Origin: Microthyrium microscopicum | Lineage: Eukaryota | NCBI GenBank assembly: GCA_010405405.1 | Contig: MU004231.1 | Location: forward strand, 3,466,401 to 3,530,400 | Length of the DNA: 64,000 nt | Direction: 5' to 3' | Part shown: one piece after another, positions 1-12,100 of the stretch | Numbering within the stretch: the first letter of the stretch is position 1 | Layout: each line of letters begins with the position of its first letter | The notes under the pieces: generated by a model | The model's database searches: none | What the model was told of the DNA's origin: nothing | Seen by the model: the letters and a program-made list of their open reading frames with translations, nothing else | Program-made: the position numbers and the translations under genes

Positions 1-512
1 GTGGTCAGCACAGGCTGGGCAGACATTTGACCAGTTAACTGCCGCCATCGTTGTATTCGTTGTGTCTGAGTCTCCCCGAATAATCGGATGGGTTCGTGAA
101 GCTTTCTCAGATCGTCCACCAGTATGTTCTCATCAACGTCCTCTTCGGCGCCTGACTCATCATCGTTCTTAGGCTGCTCCTTTGGCAGATCAGGTAGACC
201 TAATCTCTTGCGCCGTGCGCGCTCTTCTTGTTCCTGTTCCTGTTCTCTTATCACTTTGCTCTCCTCCGCCAGACGCCGTTTCTTTTCTTCTCGTTCTAGT
301 TTGCGCTCGGCTTCGTCTTCTTCGGCTTTCCGTTTTCGGTCGAGCTTTTCGCGGCGCTGTTTCTCTATCGAGTCTTGACTGGCGCGATAGGCAGCTTCTC
401 GTTGAGCTTCAATCTCGGCGCGTTTGAGAAATTTCTTGTCTCTGGGTTCTGATTTGGAGGGAGTTTTGCTGGAGGCAGCAATTTGCGATTTCATTAGAGA
501 CGCAAAGTCCAT
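1..512 (-). CDS. PRP18: Pre-mRNA splicing factor Prp18, N-terminal part; continues beyond the window start
   Basis: Manual translation from ATG at 512: MDFASLMKSQIAASSK...KKFLKRAEIEAQREAAY...LRKLHEPIRLFGET, resembling the fungal Prp18 N-terminus and PRP4-like motif. Absent from the ORF track because no stop codon lies in the window. Confidence 0.85.
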   Translation of the reverse strand, partial: MDFASLMKSQIAASSKTPSKSEPRDKKFLKRAEIEAQREAAYRASQDSIEKQRREKLDRKRKAEEDEAERKLEREEKKRRLAEESKVIREQEQEQEERARRKRLGLPDLPKEQPKNDDESGAEEDVDENILVDDLRKLHEPIRLFGETQTQRIQRWRQLTGQMSAQPVLT

Positions 513-889
513 GGCTGTGGTTGTGGATCGATCCAGTATGATTCTTCCCGGCTTCCGATGATGCCTGATTTTCTGAAAGTCAGTATCGAGGTTTTGAGAG
601 CAGTTCTGAGTCGATGAAGTTGTTGACAAGACCTTCCGAAGAAGTTGTTGGTTGAACAAGTGAGAGGGGCGAGATGCTGGTTGAGGTCGCAGTTTGAGCC
701 AAAGCTCCTTGATGCTTGGGTGCGCACTTTTCGTCAACCACCAAGTTCACTGGCTCTAACTTTACAAATTCTACTCCGTACTAATATCACCTTCATCCCG
801 CCCCTTGAAAAACGTTTAGTCAAGTCTTGCTGAATCCTCTCATTTGACTCATTGCTTTGCCTCTCCATCTACTACGCGTCGACATCATA

Positions 890-1654
890 ATGGCAGAGCT
901 ACCACCCATCGACCGCCAAACAACAACTCCATTTCTCTTGCGACTCTTCTATCGAAATGGCTCCTTTCATCGGTAAGTATTCAAACCTGTCCTTACGTTG
1001 ATGTATAACGTATTACCTGACCACAGTAAGCTAATACAATTCTTCAGTCCCGACGAATTCGCCCCAAACTCATCTCTTCCTCAACACGTCCAAATATACA
1101 CATGGCCAACCTGCAGCCTCAAAGAGCTTACTCAACTGCTGACTACAGCCATTCCGAGTACCCTTCCTTCGCCCTCAGTCGGCACGCGACTCTGTTTTCG
1201 CCTCATGTACCCCAATACACACTCTGTCGGCCAAGGCGCAGGCCGATATCTCATAAAGGAAGTAGGCACTGTCGTCATAGGATCTGAGGACGCGCAGGAA
1301 GACGCGCCCATTGCAGAAAGACTAGAAGGGGATCCAGAGAAGACATTGCGGGATGTGCGCTTTGTCATTGGCGACTACGTGTCGTGTGCTATTTTGCCGC
1401 CTCTCCCTAATGGTGATGTCGCGCCAATACCTGCTCGCGGACCTGGGCCAAGACCTCCTCCGACTGTTCCTCGTGGCGAGAATGGTTTTGGCGGTGGATA
1501 TGGCGGTGGTGGTCGTCGAGGAAGCGGTCGCTTTGATGGCGGGCGTGTTCCGCAAGGAGAATGGAGACGAGGAGACGTGCCACCTCCTTCCATGGGCGGA
1601 TATGGCGATAGGGGAGGGGGTGGCAGAGGACGAGGACGAGGAAGAGGCTGGTGA
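890..1654 (+). CDS. SAP18: Sin3-associated polypeptide SAP18 with C-terminal RGG tail; intron 973-1047
   Basis: Exon 1 MAELPPIDRQTTTPFLLRLFYRNGSFH, then a GTAAGT...CAG intron, then VQIYTWPTCSLKEL and KTLRDVRFVIGDYVSCAI, which are typical SAP18 motifs. Confidence 0.9.
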
Positions 1655-2929
1655 GCTGCCGGTGAACATGATGACTTTGTCTAACCTGCGCGATGCCATG
1701 CGAACGTCGCTAGCTCAACAAGCATCATCTCCATCAGGTCTTGATCGAGAACTGGCTAATGCCTACAACATCCTGAGTCAGGTAAGATGAGCAAAATGCT
1801 TTATTTGGCTGGCTCATTGGTTTCTTCAGATAATAATATGACGACTGAATTCAACAAAGATACGGCGGCTTTAGAAACCATGTCAATCGAGAAGCTTACC
1901 CTTTCCAGGACATCACAAAGTCCAGGACAGATATCTGGAGTCCAGCGTACTAGCGTGTTCGTCTTATGCATTGAGCGAATGCGGGTGGGCAGCCCGGCCT
2001 ATTATTACGTCTGCTTTCGGACTCAGCGGATGAACCATTCCAAAGTCGTCTTACCGACTAGTTTGTCTTTATTATCACTGCCTATGTCGGTGTAGCGGGC
2101 TGACATGGTGGGAGGTTGTCAAGAATATCGAATGAGCCTCAAGATCGACGGCAGCGATGGAACCAAATAGGGTAATCTTGGCGTGGGTACAAGGGTCGAC
2201 CGGATTCAATGGATCAACATGAGCTCAACTTGTCGGAGAATTCTTGGAAGTGCTTTTACAACATGACAGCTTAACGAGCTCTTGACTCTAGAAGGAAACT
2301 ATGTCATGCAAGACCATAAGGCAAATACCCGCGAGATCCGGGCATTAGGGACCAAATGCGCAGCCCGGTTATGTCTCCGCGTTCCTTCCGAAGCAAATGA
2401 ACATGAGAATCAATTGCTAGAGTAATAGACTGGCGAAACTGGACCAGGCATACCAGGACATTAGTAATTTTCAATTGAATCTCACTATCATTACCAGCCA
2501 TATTGAAAATACCAATTCCTATGGTTATCTGCGAAAGAGCTCTTTCCGACCAGGCCGCCCTGTCAGGCTGTCAAATAGCACCTGCATGTGTTCGCTGCAG
2601 TGTTCACGCATTTTACTCTAAACCTGCCATTTCGTACACAGGTACCTGCACCACCTTTCTTGTTGTCGAATATTGCACTGCCTCCAACTTACCATACTTC
2701 TTGCTTACTTTGCCTCCCGAACTGTTTGCTGTTTCAAGATTCTTTGCTGTTTCTAGAATCATAGAGTAAACCCTTCCGAGCACTTCCCTGCCCTCTTCCC
2801 TACTTCTATCCTTTAGTACATTCACGGTACTAATTTGCCAATATAAAGTCAACCCCAATCAATGTTTAAGCACCCCAATCTGCATTTTGCCCCAGTCCGA
2901 TTGTCCGACACCTCGTGGCAATTGACACT

Positions 2930-5537
2930 ATGGCCTCTACTCCACACGAACCGACTCATTTAACTGGCAATCAGCCACATGACAATCGACCCTTGCCCAT
3001 CCAATCTTCATACTCCAGCGGATCTGAGGAAGACAACGACCTACTTCTGGACACTGGTCATATAAGCTCCACAGGAAGCCTAGCAGATCCAGGCGCATCT
3101 TTCATCGGAGTCAGCATTAGCCCCGTTCAGACCAGACTGGCTTCCGCAAAAACACCAGCTGTCGAAAAAGCCGATGCGATCAGAAACGGGGATGGTTATT
3201 TTTCGTTAGATACTCAATTAGAGACTTCCAACTCTGATCTTTCTACGCCTTCTGGGGGAGAGTCAACCTTTGATATCGCGGCTTCAGCTGGCAATGCTCA
3301 AAGTCGCCAACATGAAAGACATTACTTTTCACTATCGAATTATCCTACACAGCTCGACGGCCCAACTTCAGACACACAATCACCTGGAGGATCTGCTCAA
3401 GCTTCAGGTATGAGGGCAGGCTCGGACGATGTCCTGATGGACATGAGGAGGTTACAGCGACCATCAATAGGTAAGTCTATTCAAATATGTAATTGCGCAA
3501 ATCACATCCCCTTCGAAACCAGTCCATACTCTGTATAATTGGCGATATCACAGCTCGATATGCTGATCAAAATCATCTTGTAATATCGCTTGCTGCACGT
3601 TGGCGCAATCGTTATGTTGAACTCTGGCGAATTGCTTGTTTTCACAATTCTCGAATAGACATAGTACTCACTACGATATAGGACTCCGTCGGGTGAGTTC
3701 CGATAGCTCGCTCAATCAATGGCGAGCAATGTCAATTGCCAGCAGTTTGGGAGACGACACGAGATTTTTGAACGTCAGAGAGCAAGTAAACAGCCGTTTC
3801 AAGGCCATCAAAGACAGCTTCCAAGATTCCAATCTTCGCTTGCTATCTATACCGTCTTTGCCACCATTTCCGAATATGTCTAATATCAATATTCCAAATA
3901 TTCTGGCAGTATTCTCGGAACCGCTGGCTAAGGAAGAGGATGTCAAAACCTCGAGCCCCAAACGGAGGAATACTGCCTTTGACATCCGGGAATCAGTCAT
4001 GGAATTGATCAGGAAGAGGACTGGAAGCATACCTAAACCGTTATCCACGATTTACGATCCGTCGACTGACAGAGTTGCTGGCATGAAGCCCGCCGCCGCT
4101 GCTAGTCACCCCTATTTTGTCCAGGCTATTAGCCAACTCACCGGAGACATTGTGATACTGGGCGGCTATCGCGGATCTGTACTGCGATCAACTGACCACA
4201 CACGACTTTGGATCCCGATTAAAGCCGGTCTTAATCTCGCCAAAGTCAATCTTCAAGTTGGTCTCGAGGATGAGGACGAGGAAAGGATGGCAGAATCGAT
4301 TGTTCCTGACGGGATGCTTACACACATTGGACCTATTGATATCTCTCGGCGGCTTATCAAAAGACTACGTGCCTGTCCTAATGCAAAGTCAGGCAAACTT
4401 CGGGTGCATAATTATGGTTACGATTGGCGACTTAGTCCTAGTAGACTGGCCGATGATCTACGCCAATTTCTTGAAACTCTTCCTTGTAATGCTCCTGATA
4501 TACCCCCATCTCAGCGGGGTGCTACAGTCATTGCGCATAGTTTGGGTGGTATCATCACTCGACATACCGTGAACCAAAGGCCAGATCTCTTCGCGGGTGT
4601 GTTATACGCAGGAACACCTCAGAACTGTTCAAACATCCTTGGACCGCTACGCAATGGCGACGATGTTCTTTTCAACTCCAAAATTCTTACCGCAGAAGCC
4701 AATTTCAGCATGCGCACAAGCTTCATTTTTCTACCCCTCAACGGAAAGCTCTTCATCGATGAAACGACCAAAAAAGAACTACACGTAGACTTTTTCGACG
4801 TCAACAACTGGATCAAATACAATCTCTCACCCTGCGTCACCAAACCAGCTCGCAGCAAGCGCCAAAGCCTTCTCGGCTCAATCAAACCAAACCTCCCCAG
4901 CCTCAACGATGCCATGAACAACATCCCAATCTTAGGCCGTCGTCTATCCAGCAGGAAACCCAAAACTACAGCCTCGTCAGACAGCGGAGAGTCCTTTGAA
5001 CAAGTACAGCATACCCATCTTCACAGAACTCACACCGTCTCCCTCGTGCCACAAATGACGGCCACAGGCAACAGATCTCGAGGACCCTCCACCAACCACT
5101 CATCCATCCCATACGAAGCAGCAGTCGCCTATCTTACCCGCACACTAAAACGCAGCAAGAAATTCAAGGAGTTCTCGCTACACAACAATGCCCATGCCGA
5201 AGCCAATGCATACCCGCCATTCGCAGTCATATACGGCAAGTCCGAACCAACCGTCAGTGCGGCACGAGTAGATGGCTACGACTCGATCAAGCGCGCAGAC
5301 GTATACGACAACCTATCATTCGCCAGCGGCGACGGCGTAGTCCTCGCGCGTGAATCAATGCTGCCCACTGGATATAGGGCAGCACGTGGAGGAGTAGTTG
5401 GCAGTGACAGAGGACATATTAGCCTCCTAGGCGATCTAGAAGCCGTTGGTCGCTGCCTGGTAGCCATGAGAAAAGCTAGAATAGCTGGCGTGGGAATGGG
5501 CACTTCAGCAACTCAAGGCGTACATCGCGCGCAGTAG
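2930..5537 (+). CDS. Alpha/beta-hydrolase, LCAT/lipase-like (similar to yeast YJR098C); intron 3471-3681
   Basis: Motifs ILGGYRGS, YGYDWRLS, nucleophile elbow AHSLGG, GDGVV and GHISLL. Two ORFs are joined by a GTAAGT...TAG intron; the N-terminus is disordered. Confidence 0.75.
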
Positions 5538-6885
5538 AACCATTTATATATTGATAGAGGTAAATCACAATAAACGTTTATCGCAAGCCCAAAACTGCAA
5601 CGTATAATTTTACTTGGAAATTGTGAGTAATCCCACAAACGACTGATTGAAAGCAAATTGCGTAGAGAGTATACGACGCGCTGCTTTGCGATGCATGTTT
5701 CTATAATGATCGCATATCTCCTCCATGTCCTTTGATAGGCTAGCGTTCATGCATTCCTTGACGTAATTTTCGTACTCTGAATCGTCATCGTGGAGAGCTT
5801 TTACATTTCGGCATATTAGGTGCATTGAACTATATCATGTTAGAATGATTCAGACTTGAAGGCTTCATGTTATACATTGCCTTTCTTACCTCACATGTCC
5901 TTGAAACCCGTTGAATTATGCATACAGTACGAACAGATGTTTGCTGATAATCAGTAGGTAAAAGATTTCAAGAAAAGCACACGATATCGCTCACAAAGAA
6001 GCTAGACAACAGTATGGTTCACTGGTCAGACCGGAACGAGTAAATCTCCTCATCTTTCATGGCCAATCTGCATATCAGATCCGATCAATACCAGCGGGTT
6101 AACCCATCGACAGACGAATATCGAATACTATTTAAGAAGTCTGGTGGTAGACATCACACTTGATGGCAGTGTGCCATTCTTGTTGTTGACGCACTACAGG
6201 TTGAAGACGAGTAGCCAGTCGAACGCATAGAGTTGCTAAGCTGTTGCAGATTAGACTTCCAGGCGCGAGACAGTGAATGAGACGCAATGTCGTCGGAACG
6301 ATGTCTTTCGTCAACCGAGGAAGCAATGCCAGTGTGTAATTCTGGTAGATAGAATGCTTCATTTCTTCATACAGAAGATGCCAGCTCTTCTAGACTCTCC
6401 GTATTATCAATATCACCCAAGACACATAGTTCATAAAGGTCTTCTTGGAGTAGGACAGCTAAATCCTACATCACATCCAAACATGGCAACAACCGTTCGT
6501 TGCATTTGCTAACATTACCAATATGCTTCCGGTCATTCCGGCATGTGATATCATAATAATAGTTCCCATCACTGTCATCCACAATTACAGGCTCTTTTTC
6601 CATTCATTCTCCATGGTATGCTCGCTCTGTGAGTGGTGGCTGGTTTGGTCTGATTCCATCTGGGTTCCTCCTACATGAGAGGTCCCGAACGAATTGCATC
6701 CCAGCCAATGCATGATATAATAACAAGATGATGTGGTTCCCAACGCACCATGATCGCGCCTTGAGAGTGTTTAAATTAGCCTCGCAAAGCAGGCTCAACC
6801 AGTTCCATATTAGGCCACTACAATAGGATTATGCTGCGAGCCGAGATATTCATATGAAGGGGATGATGTCCTATGGAAGCCGGCG

Positions 6886-9192
6886 TTAGTGTCCATTGGA
6901 TCGATGCGTTTGCTGTAGTTTCTTAGCCAACTTTTGTTCTCGGAGTCTCGCTCCTTGGGATCCGTCGGCATTAGCCAAGGCCTCTTCCTGTGATTTCTTG
7001 GCCAGCTTCTCTTCTCTTATCCTTGCTGCTTCAGTTCCGTCGTCGTTGGATGTCTCCTTGAACCAAGGATGCCGCAAAGCCTGTTTCGCGGTGATTCTTT
7101 TGGCCGGGTCGTACACAAAGATCTTCTTCAGCAGGTCAAGGAACTGCTTGTTGAATTCACTGCCTGGCGATATGGTTTGCTGTAATTGTTAGTTGTGAAA
7201 ATTGATGTGCCATGCTTGAGACTTACATCAAGCTTTTTCATAGCTTTCACATATTTCCTAGAGTTACGAGGAGTGTCAGAATTTGGATAGTCCAGGCGTT
7301 TGGTCTTGGTGAAGTAACTAACAACACGTGAATAACTCTCAGTATGGAATTGGGAGATTACAACTTACTTTGCGGCAGGGTTCTTGGACGACTTGTCCCT
7401 AGCCATGACTTTGGTGATCAACTCTTTATCGATTTTTGCATTGCACACCGGTTCCATCATAGCCAAATGTTCGAGGTTATCGTGCGTTTGGAATAAGGCG
7501 TCACCAGTAAAAAATTCCACCAAAATACAACCTATGCTCCACAGGTCGCAAGGGAAGCTCCAGCCAAGATTCAATATAATCTCTGGGGCTCGGTAGTGTC
7601 GAGTGGAGACAACTGAGGAATGATACTCATCATCGAAAGTGGCAGAACCAAAATCAATGAGGCGAATCTCAGGATTCAAAAGAACCTTACGGTGCCTAGA
7701 CGATCGGCTGGTTGTAGTAGTGGATGAGGGTATGGTTCGATTGTAGGTGAAGGTCTGATAGATGTTGTCGACAAGAAGAATATTCTCTGGCTTGAGATCT
7801 GTGTGAATGAGGTTTAGGTCATGTAGGACTATCTCAGTTAGTATTCTGTAGGTAGCAAGAGCAATCAAGACTTACATGCTACACTGGTGAGCAATTGCCG
7901 AGCAAAGAGTTGAATGTGTGAGTTTGGGAATGGTGTAAAGTTATTACTCTTCAGAAAATCAAACACACTCTGTCCGTAAAGATCGGTGACGATGCAAATG
8001 TGATTTCGATAGTCGAAACAATGCCTCAAGTGAATACACTTATTGCGGTTTGTTTGGTCATTATGGGCGAGGGTCGACAGAACTCGAAGTTCAATTCGAG
8101 AAGCATCTCGGTACTTTTGGACGGAGCGGATGATTTTGATGGCACACTTGCTTTTCTTTTCTTTGTCGTAAGCTTCAACAACCTTGCCAAAGGTACCTTG
8201 GCCAAGTAACTTGTAAATTTTGTCTATAAGAGGTTAGGGCATGCCGGCATTTTGGGTATATGATGAGACTTGCATCGATCTGTCAGGCCAGCCTCTGGAT
8301 CGACGATGTAATGGCCATCAGCATCATCAAACTGGTCTTTCGGTGCCCGGGTCAACTAGATATGTCAGTTTTATAGATGATATGGCCGGTGTCGGCAACT
8401 TACATCGGTGATTCTAGCAACTTTTACCTCCGGAGCTTTGATTGGTGGTCTGGGAGGCGGTACATAGGCACTGAAAGGAGACTGAACATGATCGATTTCG
8501 CGTCTTTTTGATGCTTTGGCATCGTCGGCTCGAGTGTTTCGTTTCCGTTTCTGGCCAACCGTGCCTTCCTCGAGGGGTGCTTGGTATCCGTTAGTCAATG
8601 GGGGGCCTATCGACGAAGAGCCAGTTCCCTTGTAGACTGGAGCGGTTCTGTCCGTGGAGACGGTATGATTAGTCGACGAGTTCTCATGGTATGGGGTTTG
8701 GGTTGTTGAGTACGAGGTAGCAGGATTGTAGACTGGTTCGAAATTGGTAGAGGCACCAGTCTTTCGCTTCTTATCGGCGTGCCCGTCGTTTCGACTCGAT
8801 ATTTGGGGTTCTGGAGAGTCGTCGTCAATAACTATGACCTCGGAAGGTACTCCATTTCGATAAAAGTCGTTCCAATCAACGGTTTTTTTGCGGCCACGCG
8901 AACCCATGTCTTGGGGTGTAGTAGGCTGCTGCGAGGGCGTTTGGAGGGGTGGGAGTTGGTTTGTATGCCTGGACGAGGCCGTCGAGTGTGTAGTGGGCCG
9001 GTGGTAATCAGAATTTGAGGCTATATTGTTGGAGTAATTGTTGTGATATGTGGCTCCGGACAGCCTCGGAGTACCATTGACTAGGGTGGTGCTGATGGAG
9101 TTGTAGGACTGGGGCTGATAATGTCTCGAATATGGATACTGCTGGTGAGGAGCAGGAAGGGTAGCCACGTTGGCAGTCGAGGGCGTTGACAT
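6886..9192 (-). CDS. lkh1: LAMMER (CLK-family) dual-specificity protein kinase, multi-exon
   Basis: Motifs [34 protein letters not shown] and EHLAMME. Introns at about 8357-8403, 8224-8273 (GC-AG), 7829-7875, 7318-7368 and 7181-7226. Confidence 0.95.
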
Positions 9193-12100
9193 ATTTTGGC
9201 GGAGGAAGGATCGAGGGAGGGAGTTTTCGAGATAGGAAGTAGCAAGTGATGTGCCAGGTGGAGTGTGTCAAAATGCTCAACAGCCCAGATCAATCACTGG
9301 AGGAGTCGGAGTCGGTGTCGGTGTCGGTGGTTTGGCACGCAGCACAGATCAACTCACACGGTTGAAGCGAGTCTTGCTCGGGACTGAGCAAAAGACGCTA
9401 GCAAACTACGAAGGCGTGGCGAGCAGCATGCAGCACCTCAACCAGCGGCTCGTGTGTGGTGATAGTGAAGGAAGGCGAAGGCCAGAGACAAACTCGAGCA
9501 GGAGAAGCAAAATATGGGCGAAAAGGAGGATTGAGAAGATGCAGAGGGCTCGCAGCAAAGATGGGAGGGTTTTGGGGTGAAAGTGCTGGGTGCTGGGTAT
9601 GCGCTGCACGCACGTCACGCAGCAAATGGCAGGCCTGAGGCTTGTTTGATGGCTGTACGCGGCCAAGTGAGGTTCGCACGCTGAATTGTAGAGAAGATAG
9701 AGAATCTGGAGCACAGATTTAAAGTGACAAGAATGAGGTGAATTAAGCAGGTGGGAGAGGGCCAAGAGGGCGCGACCGGAGAAGTGGTGGGAAGGTGAAT
9801 GAAGTCTGGAGAGTCAAAGGCGAGATGCGGAAGCAAGATGTTTTAAAGATGGATATTCACGGTGCAAAATCAAATCTTCGACGAGCACACCTGCAACCTG
9901 CAACAATAACCTGCAAGTAAACCAACGTGGTGAGAGACTGAAGATGAAGGAAGGGAAGGACTGCCTCAACCTGTTGCTCTTGGGCACAATCTCAACAACT
10001 TGTGAGCTAAACAAATGTCGGAATAATGAATCAATTGAGGCATCGTCAATAGCATTATGCTGATTCTGGATCACGGCCTATTTTCAGCAACACCATGAAT
10101 GCATACCGTCTATTATTCAATTATACATGACTGAGGTGTGCCTACTAGTACTTCTATTTATTCGTCCTTCTGCTACCTGATGGAGGGTTCTTACCAGTCC
10201 GGTACTCCCACCAGAAGGCCAGCCTTCAAATCAAGATCTGGACATGAATGAGGCTAGGCGGACATGCAATTTATCATTCATTTTACGGCTGTTACTATTG
10301 TTGTCTCACTCATTTAATATTCCCTCTTGCCACAACTCTTTGGGCATCATTTCACTTTTCTATCTTATTTTCAATATACACACAGCAGTAGCCATTACCA
10401 GCCTTTGCAAGTCGTTGATTTTCTGGTCTCAAATTTATGCACAACATTCAAAACCTTCATTCACATCACCATCAAGATATTCCGTACTCTACCAAGTACC
10501 TTCGCTCCGTTCTCGCATATTTGGGCCCGGTATTTGCCTCACCACCTTCGTTTTGTATCATCTTCTTTGTGTACAAAAACAAATCTTCTGTCCCCAAGTT
10601 TATACCGAACAACATGTCCAGGTAGCTTTGCAATTTTCGCCTTCACCGATAATTCACGCTTTCTCCCAATCCCCATTTCCACCATCTTCAATTCTCCGCG
10701 TCTCCCTCAAAAGTATATCCATCCTCATCGTTTGCCTCCTTGCCCATGTACTACCCTGTACCTGACCATCTCCTACTCTTGCCTTGGACCCTTTGTGCAA
10801 CCACGTCCCTCTAAATCTGTCACCCAATTCACAAAAACAACACGCCTCATTATGCTGACTGAGACAACACTCATCCATCAGCCCATAAGGTAGATCTCCT
10901 CACAATATATCCAAGCAGCGAATGCGCCTCCCACTCGCATCAGTAGATGTACGCATACTCCATCAAAACATAGATATCAAAGCACAGGCATCACCTTCCC
11001 AATTCAACATGGCACCAAGCATCCGTGCATGTTCTTTCCAATTGTTGAATTGACATGCATCCCATTCCATTCTTCAACAAAAGTCAACATCTCATGCTGA
11101 TCTGAGCGTCCTTCTACTTGCCCAAATAAATATCCCTTTCCCGCCACTCGCGATATCTTCTTTGTCCTCAGGCCCGAATCACCCTGCGTGTCATCATCAA
11201 CAACAACATTGCATGCACGCCAAAACACACCGCAATCCGCGGTTGATAAAAACCTTTCGCATCTGCAGTTACCGTGATCCTCAACGAAAGGTCAAAGTCA
11301 TTTTATTGTCACCTCAAATCAGCTCCGCCTCAGCCGCGTAGACAGACACCCTGTTCTTAATATCCATCAGAGGCATTTCCAAGTCCCGTGGACTTTGTTA
11401 AATCAGTCCTTACCTTTATCCCTCCATTGCCTCTTGCCAAATCTACTCGGCCCTGCTTCAGAGTTATCCATCCTGATTTTGTTCCCAGCCAATCCGCGCA
11501 AGTTGTAATACGCGCAACATCTCACGTCCAACAAAATCACCTGGGCCTCATTGGTGAGCAGCAAAACAATTTAGCCGCGAGGCCACTTGGGTTGTTTCGC
11601 CGCAAACTTTATCGAGACGTATGTGTCCCCAAAGTTGCCAGCAAAGGCGCCAAATATCAGAATGAAATAGAAGAGGTTGCGCTGCTGAGGCAATATTGGC
11701 TGCAGGTGAAACATTTATCGTTCAAAGGGCTTCGATGCTTCCCCAGCGAGGCACTGCTTTTGGTTGCGCTTGATTTCTTGTTTCAGAATGGGCGGTGCTG
11801 TTCTTTGTGTCGTAGATTTTTGTGGCGACAAGCGATTTTCTTATTTTCAAGGTTTGCAAGATTTTGGGCTCACCTGAGAGGTGCGATGTATGAAAATGCT
11901 GCTCGTTCAGATGCTCTACATTCACAAAATACCTCCGATAAACCTGACATGCAGAGTTTTGGCACAGTAGATTGGCTCTCAATACGCTGTGGTAGCTCTT
12001 CGCCTCAAACTCAACAATTTCTTACGCCATAAAAAAGTAACTGCGATCCTGGCGCTTCTTCACATACTTCTGCATACACAATTGGTTACCCACATCCGGA

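Noticed and set aside
124..427. Plus-strand Ser/Arg-rich ORFs
   Set aside because: Antisense shadows of the charged coiled-coil region of PRP18.
10244..10893. Overlapping 173-aa and 188-aa ORFs
   Set aside because: They arise from C/T-rich, stop-poor sequence; no recognisable motif or splice support.
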